Shown here: piece after piece, positions 40,501-48,774 of the stretch | Position numbering within the stretch: the first letter of the stretch is position 1 | Layout of the letters: every line of letters starts with the position of its first letter | Source: Dehalococcoidia bacterium | GTDB lineage: Bacteria > Chloroflexota > Dehalococcoidia > Plut-88900 | Direction: 5' to 3' | DNA length: 64,000 nucleotides | NCBI GenBank assembly: GCA_965249275.1 | Contig: CBDFLQ010000006.1 | Location: forward strand, 416,001-480,000 | The notes under the pieces: model-generated | The model's database searches: none | The model's input: only the letters and a program-made list of their open reading frames with translations | What the model was told of the DNA's origin: nothing | Translations under genes and position numbers: made by a program

Positions 40501-40926
40501 GCTGAAGGTGTGCCTGACCGAGAAAAAGAAGTTGCCGGCCTCATCCGCGTCGCCGTGGAGAGTGACATAGTGCATCGCGCCGTGGCCTCCGGTCGGGTTT
40601 GGAGAGAGGTCCCTGTCGCAGCACCGACAGGCGACGGAGTCCTACATGGCTTCATCGATCTCTTGTTTGAAGAGGATGATGGATTGGTCATTGTCGACTA
40701 CAAGACCGATGCTGTATCCGCTTCGGAAACCCCCGAGGCCGTTCTCCGCTATCGATTGCAGGGTGGAGCCTACGCCCACGCCCTTCAAAAAATAACCGGG
40801 AAGCCTGTGAAGGAGGTTGTATTCCTATACCTGCATCCTCGCCGCGAGCAGAAGTTGGCCGACTTGTACCAAGCAACCCAGGACGCAGAAGCCGCCGCCA
40901 AGTCCATCCTGGCCCCGGTCCCTTAG
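37537..40926 (+). CDS. AddA-like UvrD helicase with C-terminal nuclease
   Basis: ASAGTGKT, FTEAAA, DEVQDT, GDPKQSIYRFR, NFRS, TIHGAKGLEF, YVAATRA and GFIDLL..IVDYKT motifs; GTGA overlap with the upstream gene. Confidence 0.92.
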   Translation: MSNSATFKPRDQAARDTIASNLQDTLFIEASAGTGKTTSLVNRVVNMIATGTATLDKIAAITFTEAAAAELREGIREELEKAAADCARSTDERDRCQQGISDLDQSAIQTLHAFAALLLHERPLEAGLPPSFEVSDEMKSGVRFNEEWDKWLDRALEDPSLADHLSRALTLGLTLDKLKDIAQAFHNNYDYIANTVFASEPPTPQAAQSLVDARAGLEHLCTLSQIGPGDKLFDLVQSKLGTIRRLKDGKPGSNLSYRLLKRLLPLKCGLGRQSDWNTDSETHENGCKSLKDLLKLLDEKVSSEITRTRRTALMPILEALRRFAIDYAERRRTEGRAEFQDLLVWARDLLRDDLEVRDHFQKRFSHLLIDEVQDTDPLQAEIAMFLAEAVPHGQPLAPRPDSWLDVTPEKGKLFVVGDPKQSIYRFRRADVEQMNQLRERMEAAGGNALSLVQNFRSHRPIVAWVNHLFSQWMDGDETQARYEEMHHRWDADNTDPFHPRVWALSDIETKDNIGVVRNQEAEDIADLLSQMVAQKWKVLDKEKSEKSENATYRCVGYSDICILMPTRTGLANLERGLEARNIPFRLENASLIFETQEVRDLLNCLKAIDDPANQIAVVGALRSTVFGCSDIDLLLYHEAHGSFDYSRVHENAPSGLIPDALTVLRTYHDARMWESPGSLIDRFIRDRGLMESALAHPRSREQWRRYRFMVEQAWRFAEGGGNSLRAFVEWIEDQINERVRVSESPIPDSDEEAVRVMTIHGAKGLEFPVVVLTGLNSSGRRQSDTVIFDRVRKQVEVGLGSKNDRSSTPGYEELVEKEKRMWEAEDVRLMYVAATRARDHLILSLRRKETGSSSTSKTLAATISETMQGSGLWEPVNLVDMDESHGSISDSISQDPPNSIDHSIEARDRWVIERDNLIKRMGRPTYVSATSLGRHVQEQEDKPEQESDEPWRRGRAGTSVGRAVHAVLQSIDLTKGAGIGARSRVQAAAEGVPDREKEVAGLIRVAVESDIVHRAVASGRVWREVPVAAPTGDGVLHGFIDLLFEEDDGLVIVDYKTDAVSASETPEAVLRYRLQGGAYAHALQKITGKPVKEVVFLYLHPRREQKLADLYQATQDAEAAAKSILAPVP

Positions 40927-41018
40927 GCCCCACAATCCTTCTATACAAGGAACCTAAGCAGGCTCAAGACTACAACCGAAACATCCCAGCTATGCTGGTA
41001 AAATAGACTCCCGAGATC

Positions 41019-41693
41019 ATGCAGAATTCACAGCAACACGCTTTGACCGCCCCAACGAAGGGAGCATCCGGCCTTGGCGCAGGCCTCTTCCTTCTCATCA
41101 CCGCCGTTGCCACCTTGGTCGCCGTGGTCACCAGGGTCTCCGCTAACGCCGACCAACCCACCCTCGCCGAGTCCCTCGTCGCCATCTCGGAAAACAAAGC
41201 TCTTTATGCTTCTGGAGGCGGAGCGCGGTTTGTGTCCGGGGTGACGCTGATTGTCGCTGCTTGGTTCCTATCAAAGACGGGGATAGGTGAGAAACAACCC
41301 TCTGCACGCATAGCCTCGTTTATCTTTGCTCTATCAGGCCTTTTCACTGCCATTTCCGGTGCTAGTGCCATCGCCTTAGCCAACGCTGCGCCAGCCACTA
41401 CTGACGCCCTGCCCGAGACCACAGCCTACGTTCGATGGCTAACCGGCAAGATAGGCTTCACCCTTGCTGGTCTGGCCCTCATAGCAGAGGCAAGACGGCA
41501 GTGGAATTTAGGAACGCCTTTCAAGTACCTTGCCCTCGCCTCGGTTGTCATAGGCATTCTTATGCAATTCATCTGGTGGGACGCCGCGACTGCCATTCAC
41601 CGAATCACCGGTATCGGTTTCCTATTCTGGCTTATTGTAGTAGGCATACTACTGCTCAAGGGCCATCCCAAACCTGCCTCTAGGACAGCGTAG
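41019..41693 (+). CDS. Hypothetical integral membrane protein
   Basis: 224-aa ORF with about six hydrophobic segments. Confidence 0.7.
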   Translation: MQNSQQHALTAPTKGASGLGAGLFLLITAVATLVAVVTRVSANADQPTLAESLVAISENKALYASGGGARFVSGVTLIVAAWFLSKTGIGEKQPSARIASFIFALSGLFTAISGASAIALANAAPATTDALPETTAYVRWLTGKIGFTLAGLALIAEARRQWNLGTPFKYLALASVVIGILMQFIWWDAATAIHRITGIGFLFWLIVVGILLLKGHPKPASRTA

Positions 41694-41729
41694 ATTAGTA
41701 ACCCCGATCTACAAGGAACATCCTCACCA

Positions 41730-43610
41730 ATGACACTCAAGCTTACACTCTCTCGCCTCCTTCCAATTCTTCTCGTCCTAATGTCTACCCTCATACTTGC
41801 CGCCTGCTGGGACGACATCCACCCAACACCAACCGAGCACCCCTCCCCCACCGCCCTTGCACCCACTCCCACCGCCCCGCCCGCCACCCAGACACCCCAG
41901 CCCTCCATTGTCGATCAACTGAAAATGAACGCCGAGGAGTTTGAATACACTATTGGCAGACATGGCGGCGATCTGACCTTTGCAACCGTCTCCGAGCCCC
42001 TCACCTTCAATCGCGCCATCTCTACTGACTCCTCGTCCTCCGGCGTCCTCGGCTATCTCTTCGAGGGTCTAACCGAGACCTCATGGCTCACTGACGAGGT
42101 GGAACCCGCCTTGGCCGAGTCCTGGACTCACTCCGAGGATGGTCTCACTTGGACCTTCCACCTTCGCAAAGACGTTCAGTGGTACGACGGCGCACCCTTC
42201 ACCGCCAACGATGTCGATTTCACCTTCAACCGGATCATCTACAACCCCGACATCCAGGCCAGCAGCCGTCCATCATTCCACTTCCGCTTCTTCGACGAAG
42301 AGACCGGAACTTGGGAAGAAAAGCCGATGACTGTAACGGCTCTCGACGACTACACCGTCCAATGCGTCCTTCCCGCACCCTTCGCTACCTTCCTCCGTTC
42401 CATGGGAACAGCCATCTACCCTATGCACATTCTCGATCCTCACGTCGAGGACGGCACCTTCGCCGACACCTGGGACATCACCGCAGACCCCTCCGAAATC
42501 ATAGGCACCGGCCCATTCACCATCGAAAGTTACGTGCCCGGAGAACGGGTAGTCCTCAAACGTAACCCCAACTACTGGCTCAAGGACGCGGATGGTAACG
42601 CCCTCCCCTACCTGGAACACATCGTCCAGGTCATAGTCCCCGACTTTGATGTCGAGCTTGAGAAGTTCCTGGCCGGGGAGTCGGATACCCACGGCGTCCT
42701 AGGGGAAGAGTTGAGCCGGCTTGCGCCAATGCAAGAAGACGGGAATTTCACCATCTACAAGCGTGGCCCGGCCTTCGGCACTACCTTCCTGACCTTCAAC
42801 ATGAACCCCGGCAGCAACCCTGACACCTACGAACCCTATCTGGCATCTCACAAGCTGGATTGGTTCAGCAACAAAGAATTCCGGCAGGCCGTAGCCCACA
42901 GTATCGACAAAGACGCCATCATCGACGACGTCCAGCACGGTGCTGGCTATCCCCAATGGTCTTCCATAAGTCCTGCCGCGGGTGATTTCCACAACCCCAA
43001 CGTCCGCCGCTACGAATACGACATCGACAAAGCCAACGCCATTCTGGATAGTCTTGGCTGGGTTGATACAGACGGGGACGGCACCCGAGAAGACGCCCAA
43101 GGCAACGAGATAGAGTTCTCCTTCGTCACCAACTCCGGCAACAGCGTGCGCGAACGGGTCGGCGACATCCTGCGCCAGGGCATGGAAGAGATCGGCCTCG
43201 GAGTGGGCTACCAGCTGATCGAGTTTGGTGACCTCGTATCCCAGCTAACCCAGACCTATGAATGGGAAGCCATCCTCATCGGTTTCACAGGCGGCACCGA
43301 CCCTCACTCCGGCATCAGCTTCTGGCACACCGGCGAAAACCTCCACCTCTGGTACCCCAACCAGCCCTCCCCAGCCACAGAATGGGAAGCCGAAATCGAC
43401 GAGCTCTACATCATGGCCAGCCGGGAGCTGGACCGGGCTGAACGGATCAAACGCTACCACCGCGCCCAGGAGATCGCCGCCGAGAACGTGCCTGTCATCT
43501 ACACCACCCTCTCCGAGCGCCTTAGCGCCATCCGCAACGTATTCGGCAACGTCACCCCCACACTCTACGGCCTATTTGACACCCGCTACCTCTACCGCAC
43601 CGACCTCTAA
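41730..43610 (+). CDS. Peptide/nickel-type (family 5) ABC substrate-binding lipoprotein
   Basis: LAAC lipobox, PALAESW, WTFHLRKDVQW.DG.PFTA.DV.FT, GTGPF and RNPNYW motifs. Confidence 0.92.
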   Translation: MTLKLTLSRLLPILLVLMSTLILAACWDDIHPTPTEHPSPTALAPTPTAPPATQTPQPSIVDQLKMNAEEFEYTIGRHGGDLTFATVSEPLTFNRAISTDSSSSGVLGYLFEGLTETSWLTDEVEPALAESWTHSEDGLTWTFHLRKDVQWYDGAPFTANDVDFTFNRIIYNPDIQASSRPSFHFRFFDEETGTWEEKPMTVTALDDYTVQCVLPAPFATFLRSMGTAIYPMHILDPHVEDGTFADTWDITADPSEIIGTGPFTIESYVPGERVVLKRNPNYWLKDADGNALPYLEHIVQVIVPDFDVELEKFLAGESDTHGVLGEELSRLAPMQEDGNFTIYKRGPAFGTTFLTFNMNPGSNPDTYEPYLASHKLDWFSNKEFRQAVAHSIDKDAIIDDVQHGAGYPQWSSISPAAGDFHNPNVRRYEYDIDKANAILDSLGWVDTDGDGTREDAQGNEIEFSFVTNSGNSVRERVGDILRQGMEEIGLGVGYQLIEFGDLVSQLTQTYEWEAILIGFTGGTDPHSGISFWHTGENLHLWYPNQPSPATEWEAEIDELYIMASRELDRAERIKRYHRAQEIAAENVPVIYTTLSERLSAIRNVFGNVTPTLYGLFDTRYLYRTDL

Positions 43611-43723
43611 GCCGCTCCTGCCACCCGCGCACCACCCCAAGGCGGAGATATACCCGCCCCGCAACTATTCACGCAGTCATTGACACCTGTGTGTACAGAA
43701 CGGTTGGCGTCGGCCTTACCGGC

Positions 43724-44950
43724 TTACCTCTGGCCTTCGTAGGCCTCTTCTCCATGCTGGGAGATGTCCAGGCCTTCTTCCTCTTGCTTCTCGTCCACCC
43801 GGATTCCTATGGTGTACTTCAGAGCGTAGAGGATCACGATAGTGACTACGAACGCCCAACTGAAGGAGACGCCTATTGCTAGAAGCTGCCTGAGGATCTG
43901 CTGCCCTCTGGAGAGGTCGGTAAACTCGCCTATGCTCATGAAACCTATCCCTATGAACAGACCGACGCACAGCATGCCCCACATCCCCCCCACTCCGTGG
44001 ATGGCCCAGACATCCAGAGAGTCATCCAGCTTGACCCGCGTCTTAAACCAGACGGCGGTGTAGCACAGCACTCCGGCCCCCAACCCGATGAGCACCGCGG
44101 GCATCGGCCCCACGAAACCCGCGGCCGGAGTTATAGTCGCCAGTCCCGCCACCGCTCCCGTCGCCGCTCCCACCACGCTTGGCCTGCGGTTTCGCGTCCA
44201 GTCCAAAGCGACCCAGACCACCGCTGCCGTAGCTGCGGATATGTGGGTAACTACAAATGCGGATGTGGCTCTCCCTGCCGCAGCAAGATCGCTGCCGGCA
44301 TTAAATCCGAACCATCCAAACCAGAGCAGTGAAGCCCCAAGCACCACGAACGGCACGTTGTGGGGAGTCATCTCCAGTTTCCCGAGCCCCAGGCGCCGAC
44401 CGAATATCAGCGCCGCCGCTACGGCCGCCGACCCCGAGCTGATGTGCACCACCGCGCCGCCGGCAAAGTCCAATGCCCCCGCACCCCCGAGCCACCCACC
44501 TATGCCCCACATCCAGTGCGCCAGCGGCGAGTACACGATCGTAGACCATGCGATAACAAAGAGAACGAAGGAGCTGAACTTTATGCGCTCGGCGAAGGCC
44601 CCCGCTATCAGGGCCGGTGTGATGATGGCGAACTTGGCCTGGAAGACCATGAACGCCTGGTGCGGTATCGTGTCCGCGTAGGGTCCGGGCTCCGTCGCCG
44701 AGACACCCATCAGCCCCACCCATTCCAGGTTCCCAATGAACCCCCCGACACTCGGGCCGAACGCCAGACTGTATCCCCACAGGACCCACGTCAAGCCCAC
44801 AATGCCCAGGGCTATGAAGGACTGCATAAGCGTCGCCAGCGCGTTCTTACTGCGGACAAGGCCCGCATAGAAGAACGCCAGTCCGGGAACCATGAAGAAT
44901 ACTAGAGCCGAAGAGGTCAGGACCCAGGCGGTATCTCCACTATCTATCAT
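43724..44950 (-). CDS. amtB: Ammonium transporter
   Basis: GDTAWVL, PGLAFFYAG, DFAGGAVVH, WFGWFGFN and DDSLDVWAIHG motifs. Confidence 0.96.
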   Translation of the reverse strand: MIDSGDTAWVLTSSALVFFMVPGLAFFYAGLVRSKNALATLMQSFIALGIVGLTWVLWGYSLAFGPSVGGFIGNLEWVGLMGVSATEPGPYADTIPHQAFMVFQAKFAIITPALIAGAFAERIKFSSFVLFVIAWSTIVYSPLAHWMWGIGGWLGGAGALDFAGGAVVHISSGSAAVAAALIFGRRLGLGKLEMTPHNVPFVVLGASLLWFGWFGFNAGSDLAAAGRATSAFVVTHISAATAAVVWVALDWTRNRRPSVVGAATGAVAGLATITPAAGFVGPMPAVLIGLGAGVLCYTAVWFKTRVKLDDSLDVWAIHGVGGMWGMLCVGLFIGIGFMSIGEFTDLSRGQQILRQLLAIGVSFSWAFVVTIVILYALKYTIGIRVDEKQEEEGLDISQHGEEAYEGQR

Positions 44951-45117
44951 TACCCGTCACCATCCCTTTCAGAGGCCAACTCCGAGCACCCTGGTTTTCC
45001 TCGGCCGATTATATCATTGCGAGGATAAGGAGTCTGCCTGAGTTTCTATGCAGAACAACTACGGAATCTACACAGGTCCCTATGATCCCGTTCATATAGA
45101 GGGGTGACATCAACCCC

Positions 45118-45146
45118 TTGACTGCTTAAGACATTTGTTCTATTAT
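45118..45146 (+). promoter_or_regulatory. Sigma70-type promoter
   Basis: TTGACT-17 nt-TATTAT, pointing into the 600-nt structured region. Confidence 0.65.
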
Positions 45147-45149
45147 TGG

Positions 45150-45745
45150 GCTGGTCTAGACCCGACACCCACCTTAAGGAGGTACCAAAAACTAGGGAAG
45201 CCCACCCGGCCCACCCGAGGACTCAACGCCCAAGCCCATCCCAACGGCCCATACACGGGGCCCGCGGCACAAGCGAAAGTCGCCATCTCCTCATCCCACC
45301 GGGTCTCGTGTCCCCTTCCCTGACCACCCAGGCGATGGAGGGTCCATCGACTCTACGCGGCACGCCCCCTTCCAGGGGCCCCTGCCGAATCGGTGCCCCC
45401 TATCAAGGGAGCGCCTATGCGCCGGCATCTACTTTGCCGGCGAAGCTAAACGGCCCGGCGTTACCGGGATTAGGGCCATCAAGCCCCTACGCGGCTCCAC
45501 CGTCGTCACCATCGGCGAACTCCATTCCGCCCATGACGACTTCGAGCCGAATGCTGTCCCGCACAGCGGTCGAGCGCTGATGCGGGACGGATTGCCCCAC
45601 CCAGGGACGCCCTCGACACCGGCAAGTCCCCAAAGGCATGCGTGGGGATACGGCAGGACAGCCGCCGATGTGATAGATCCGCTGTGGTGGACCACAAGCG
45701 TCGGCGTAGGTGCCATAGTCATCCTTCATCAGAGTCCCGGACCTT
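45150..45745 (+). ncRNA. Candidate large structured non-coding RNA (~600 nt)
   Basis: At least nine stems, G-U pairs favouring the + strand, 5'/3' end complementarity, upstream promoter, no credible ORF. Confidence 0.55.
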
Positions 45746-45860
45746 CCATCGCCTTCCCCTCACCACTAGACAGAACCGAAACCCCACAATCGAAGATCCG
45801 CCTCTGGAGGACTGAAGAAAACGCCAGTGTGTCACTAATCTACCGAACGAGTACAGCCTA

Positions 45861-45889
45861 TTGATATGCCCCGTACAAACCGGTATCTT
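45861..45889 (+). promoter_or_regulatory. Putative promoter of sulP
   Basis: TTGATA-17 nt-TATCTT, followed by a leader hairpin at 45901-45944. Confidence 0.45.
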
Positions 45890-45988
45890 TCATTGGATTC
45901 GCCAACAGTCGGTATGGTCGGCGGAGGACCAACCGGCAGCTGGCAAGCCCGGCGCACCACCGATTTCAACGGGATGTCATAAGCACAA

Positions 45989-47656
45989 GTGCGCTTTAAC
46001 TTAAACTACGACATTCAAACCCTGCGCGGCGACCTCTTCGGAGGAGTCACCGCCGCCGTCGTCGGATTGCCCGTGGCCCTTGCCTTTGGGGTCGCATCGG
46101 GCCTCGGAGCCATCGCCGGTCTATACGGTGCCATCGCCGTCGGTTTCTTCGCCTCTGTTTTTGGCGGCACCAAGTCTCAGATATCCGGCCCCACCGGACC
46201 CATGGCTGTGGCCATGGCCGTCATAGTCACTACCCACTCCGATACCCTCGCCGAAGCATTCACCGTAGTCGTGATGGCAGGGGTCATTCAGATACTACTG
46301 GGTGTTCTGCGAATAGGGCGTTTTGTAGCCTACACGCCCTATTCGGTTATTTCCGGGTTCATGTCCGGCATTGGCATCATCATCATAATCCTGCAGATAC
46401 TCCCCTTCCTCGGCGCAGACACATTAACAGGCGGTCCTAGAAGCGCTATCCGAGCCATACCCGACGCTATCCAAGCCTTCAACTCTAATTCTTTCGTCAT
46501 CGCCATCGTTACCCTTGCCGTAGGAGTATTATGGCCCCGCCAACTGAGAAGGTACCTCCCGCCTACCCTCGCTGCCCTCATTGTCGGCACAATCATCGGC
46601 GTCCTATGGCTGACCGATACTCCAGTGATCGGTGAGGTTCCGTCCGGCCTCCCCGAATTTCAGATCCCGGTATTCGACGCCGGTCTGCTGGCCAGCGCCA
46701 TTCAGCCTGCCCTTATCCTTGCCCTTCTCGGCTCCATAGACAGTCTGCTTACCTCCCTGATCGCCGACTCCATTACTCGAACCCAGCACAGCCCCAACCG
46801 TGAGCTGGTGGGACAAGGCATAGGAAACGCTATTGCGGGTCTGATAGGCGGCCTGCCCGGTGCGGGTGCTACCCTGGGTACAGTGGTCAACATCCGGGCG
46901 GGCGGCAGGTCTCGACTTTCCGGAGTATTGCGAGCGGCCATCCTACTTGCCTTGGTTCTCGGCCTCGGGAGATACGTCGAATCAATCCCTCACGCAGTCT
47001 TGGCCGGTATCCTCATGAAGGTCGGCTGGGACATAATTGATTGGCGTTTCCTCACCCGAATTCTCAAAGTCCAGAAAGAGCACCTCCTGGTGATGGTGAT
47101 CACTCTCGCACTCACCGTTTTCCTTGACCTCGTCACCGCCGTGGCCATAGGTCTGATTGCTGCCGGTATGGCCGGCGCCCGTCAGTTCGAACGCTTCGAG
47201 CTGGATCGGGTAATATCCACTCCGCTGCTGGACATCAGTTTCCTCGGTACGGAACCCGATAGCAAAGGCGATGAAGAAGTGGATCCTTTTTCTGCACGCG
47301 TCGGCCTCGTAGCCCTCAGGGGCACCTTCTCCGTTGCGTCGTCTAATAAGTTGGTCAGCACAATTAGCGCCGACATCCGAGACCACGAAGTAGTTATCTT
47401 CGACTTTTCCGATACCGAATATATAGACGACAGCGCTTCCCTTGTCGTCGAGTATATGATCGACGTCGCCTATGATCAGGATACCGACTGTATCGTGATG
47501 GGGCTCAAGGGGGCCCCCGCCACTAGCCTTCGCGCCCTTAACGTTCTGAAACGCGTCCCCTCGGAACGCTATGTCGATAACCTCGACGGCGCGCGGGAAA
47601 CCGCAAAGCAAATCCTTCGGGAGAGAGAAAGCCGAACCATAGCCGCCCAAGCGTAA
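45989..47656 (+). CDS. sulP: SulP/SLC26 inorganic anion transporter with STAS domain
   Basis: GDLFGGVTAAVVGLPVALAFG, ISGPTG, NRELVGQG motifs; STAS segment VIFDFSDTEYID. Confidence 0.93.
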   Translation: MRFNLNYDIQTLRGDLFGGVTAAVVGLPVALAFGVASGLGAIAGLYGAIAVGFFASVFGGTKSQISGPTGPMAVAMAVIVTTHSDTLAEAFTVVVMAGVIQILLGVLRIGRFVAYTPYSVISGFMSGIGIIIIILQILPFLGADTLTGGPRSAIRAIPDAIQAFNSNSFVIAIVTLAVGVLWPRQLRRYLPPTLAALIVGTIIGVLWLTDTPVIGEVPSGLPEFQIPVFDAGLLASAIQPALILALLGSIDSLLTSLIADSITRTQHSPNRELVGQGIGNAIAGLIGGLPGAGATLGTVVNIRAGGRSRLSGVLRAAILLALVLGLGRYVESIPHAVLAGILMKVGWDIIDWRFLTRILKVQKEHLLVMVITLALTVFLDLVTAVAIGLIAAGMAGARQFERFELDRVISTPLLDISFLGTEPDSKGDEEVDPFSARVGLVALRGTFSVASSNKLVSTISADIRDHEVVIFDFSDTEYIDDSASLVVEYMIDVAYDQDTDCIVMGLKGAPATSLRALNVLKRVPSERYVDNLDGARETAKQILRERESRTIAAQA

Positions 47657-47690
47657 ACGTGTTCAACAGGGCTGCATCGCCGTCACTGCA

Positions 47691-47756
47691 GGGCTGGTCC
47701 TCGCCTTCCCGCAGATAGCCCTTTGGCTCCCCAACTTAATCTACAGGACGAGATGA
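47691..47756 (+). pseudogene. Relic C-terminus of a TRAP transporter large permease (DctM-like)
   Basis: Translates to GLVLAFPQIALWLPNLIYRTR*, matching the FP.IALWLP end of DctM proteins; the rest of the gene is absent. Confidence 0.55.
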
Positions 47757-47791
47757 CCCTTCCTCTCTGTATAACGTGTGTACCCTGGGGT

Positions 47792-47849
47792 GGGGCCGCT
47801 CGTGCTGTCGAAGATCCGCCGAGGCGGTAGCCCATCGAATTATGAGCGG
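47792..47849 (+). repeat. Type-B repeat with a 21-nt insertion
   Basis: GGGGCCGCTCGTGCTG[47808-47828]AGCCCATCGAATTATGAGCGG. Confidence 0.82.
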
Positions 47850-47870
47850 TTGGGGCAAGGGTAACTCCCC

Positions 47871-48749
47871 CTAACCAGAGCCGGGTATCGACTCCATCCG
47901 CACCTCAACCTCCAGCCTTGTATCCCCACCTCCGTGGAATATCCCCCGAGTCGGGGCAACGTCGTGATAGTCCCGGCCCACCGCAACTCGCACGTGTTGT
48001 TGGCCGACAATCCAGTTGTTCGTCGGGTCGAATCCCACCCACCCCAGCCCCGGGAGTCTGCATTCCACCCAGGCATGTCCTGCCGCTGCCGGAATCGGCT
48101 GGCCCACATCATCCTCCACGTACAGATAGCCTGATACGTAGCGGGACGGCACACCCCATGAGCGCGCAATCGATATCATCACGTGCGCATAGTCCTGGCA
48201 GACTCCCTTCCCAGATTCGAGGATATACTCGATTGGAGACACCGCCGAAGTACTGCCCGGCACGTACTGAAAAGCCTCATACAATGTCTCGGAAAGACAT
48301 ACCAACGCGCTGAGCGGGTCCCCCTCAGGCTTGTCCATCCCGCGCCCCGACACGAAATCATCGAGCGCGGTTGAAGGCCGGGCAAACCGGCTTGGATGCA
48401 TGAAGCCCCAATACTCCACAGAGTCCCTCCACGTTTCAATCTCGGCCCACGTTTCAGGCACCAGAGATTCCGGCACGGGCGCTTTAGGGCTTTGCTCCAC
48501 CGTGGATAACGCCGTGATCTCCAACAACTCGTGAGGCTGGTGGATGATCAGGAAGTGCTTTGTATTTCCGAAATAGTCGCTTTCGGAGGTTAAGGATATG
48601 GCGGGAATGGTCTCTATCTCGAAGCTCAGCAGCGATTGACCATCTTCTTCGCGAGGCCTGAAGCAGAGGGTCATCGCAGACTTGCTCACCGGCGACGAAT
48701 AGAAATACCGAGACGTGTGCTGGATTCGGTAGCGCCGTGGTCCTGGCAT
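47871..48749 (-). CDS. Transglutaminase-family protein
   Basis: Catalytic-triad motifs GVCQDYAH, RYVSGY, HAWVE, GFDPTN and GRDYHDV. Confidence 0.92.
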   Translation of the reverse strand: MPGPRRYRIQHTSRYFYSSPVSKSAMTLCFRPREEDGQSLLSFEIETIPAISLTSESDYFGNTKHFLIIHQPHELLEITALSTVEQSPKAPVPESLVPETWAEIETWRDSVEYWGFMHPSRFARPSTALDDFVSGRGMDKPEGDPLSALVCLSETLYEAFQYVPGSTSAVSPIEYILESGKGVCQDYAHVMISIARSWGVPSRYVSGYLYVEDDVGQPIPAAAGHAWVECRLPGLGWVGFDPTNNWIVGQQHVRVAVGRDYHDVAPTRGIFHGGGDTRLEVEVRMESIPGSG

Positions 48750-48774
48750 TCCGTCGAAAGTCCGCTCCGCCTAA

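Noticed and set aside
45128-45141. LexA (GAAC-N4-GTTC) box in the promoter spacer
   Set aside because: Only the GTTCT half-site matches; the left half has two mismatches.
45544-45571. GAGCCGAATGC...GCACAGCGGTC resembling group II intron domain V
   Set aside because: Too short, lacks the GNRA loop, has no GTGCG 5' end, and both halves pair better in other stems.
45135-45864. Small ORFs in the amtB-sulP gap
   Set aside because: Pro/Ser/Arg-rich, no RBS-start pairing and no motifs; better explained as GC-rich structured non-coding sequence.
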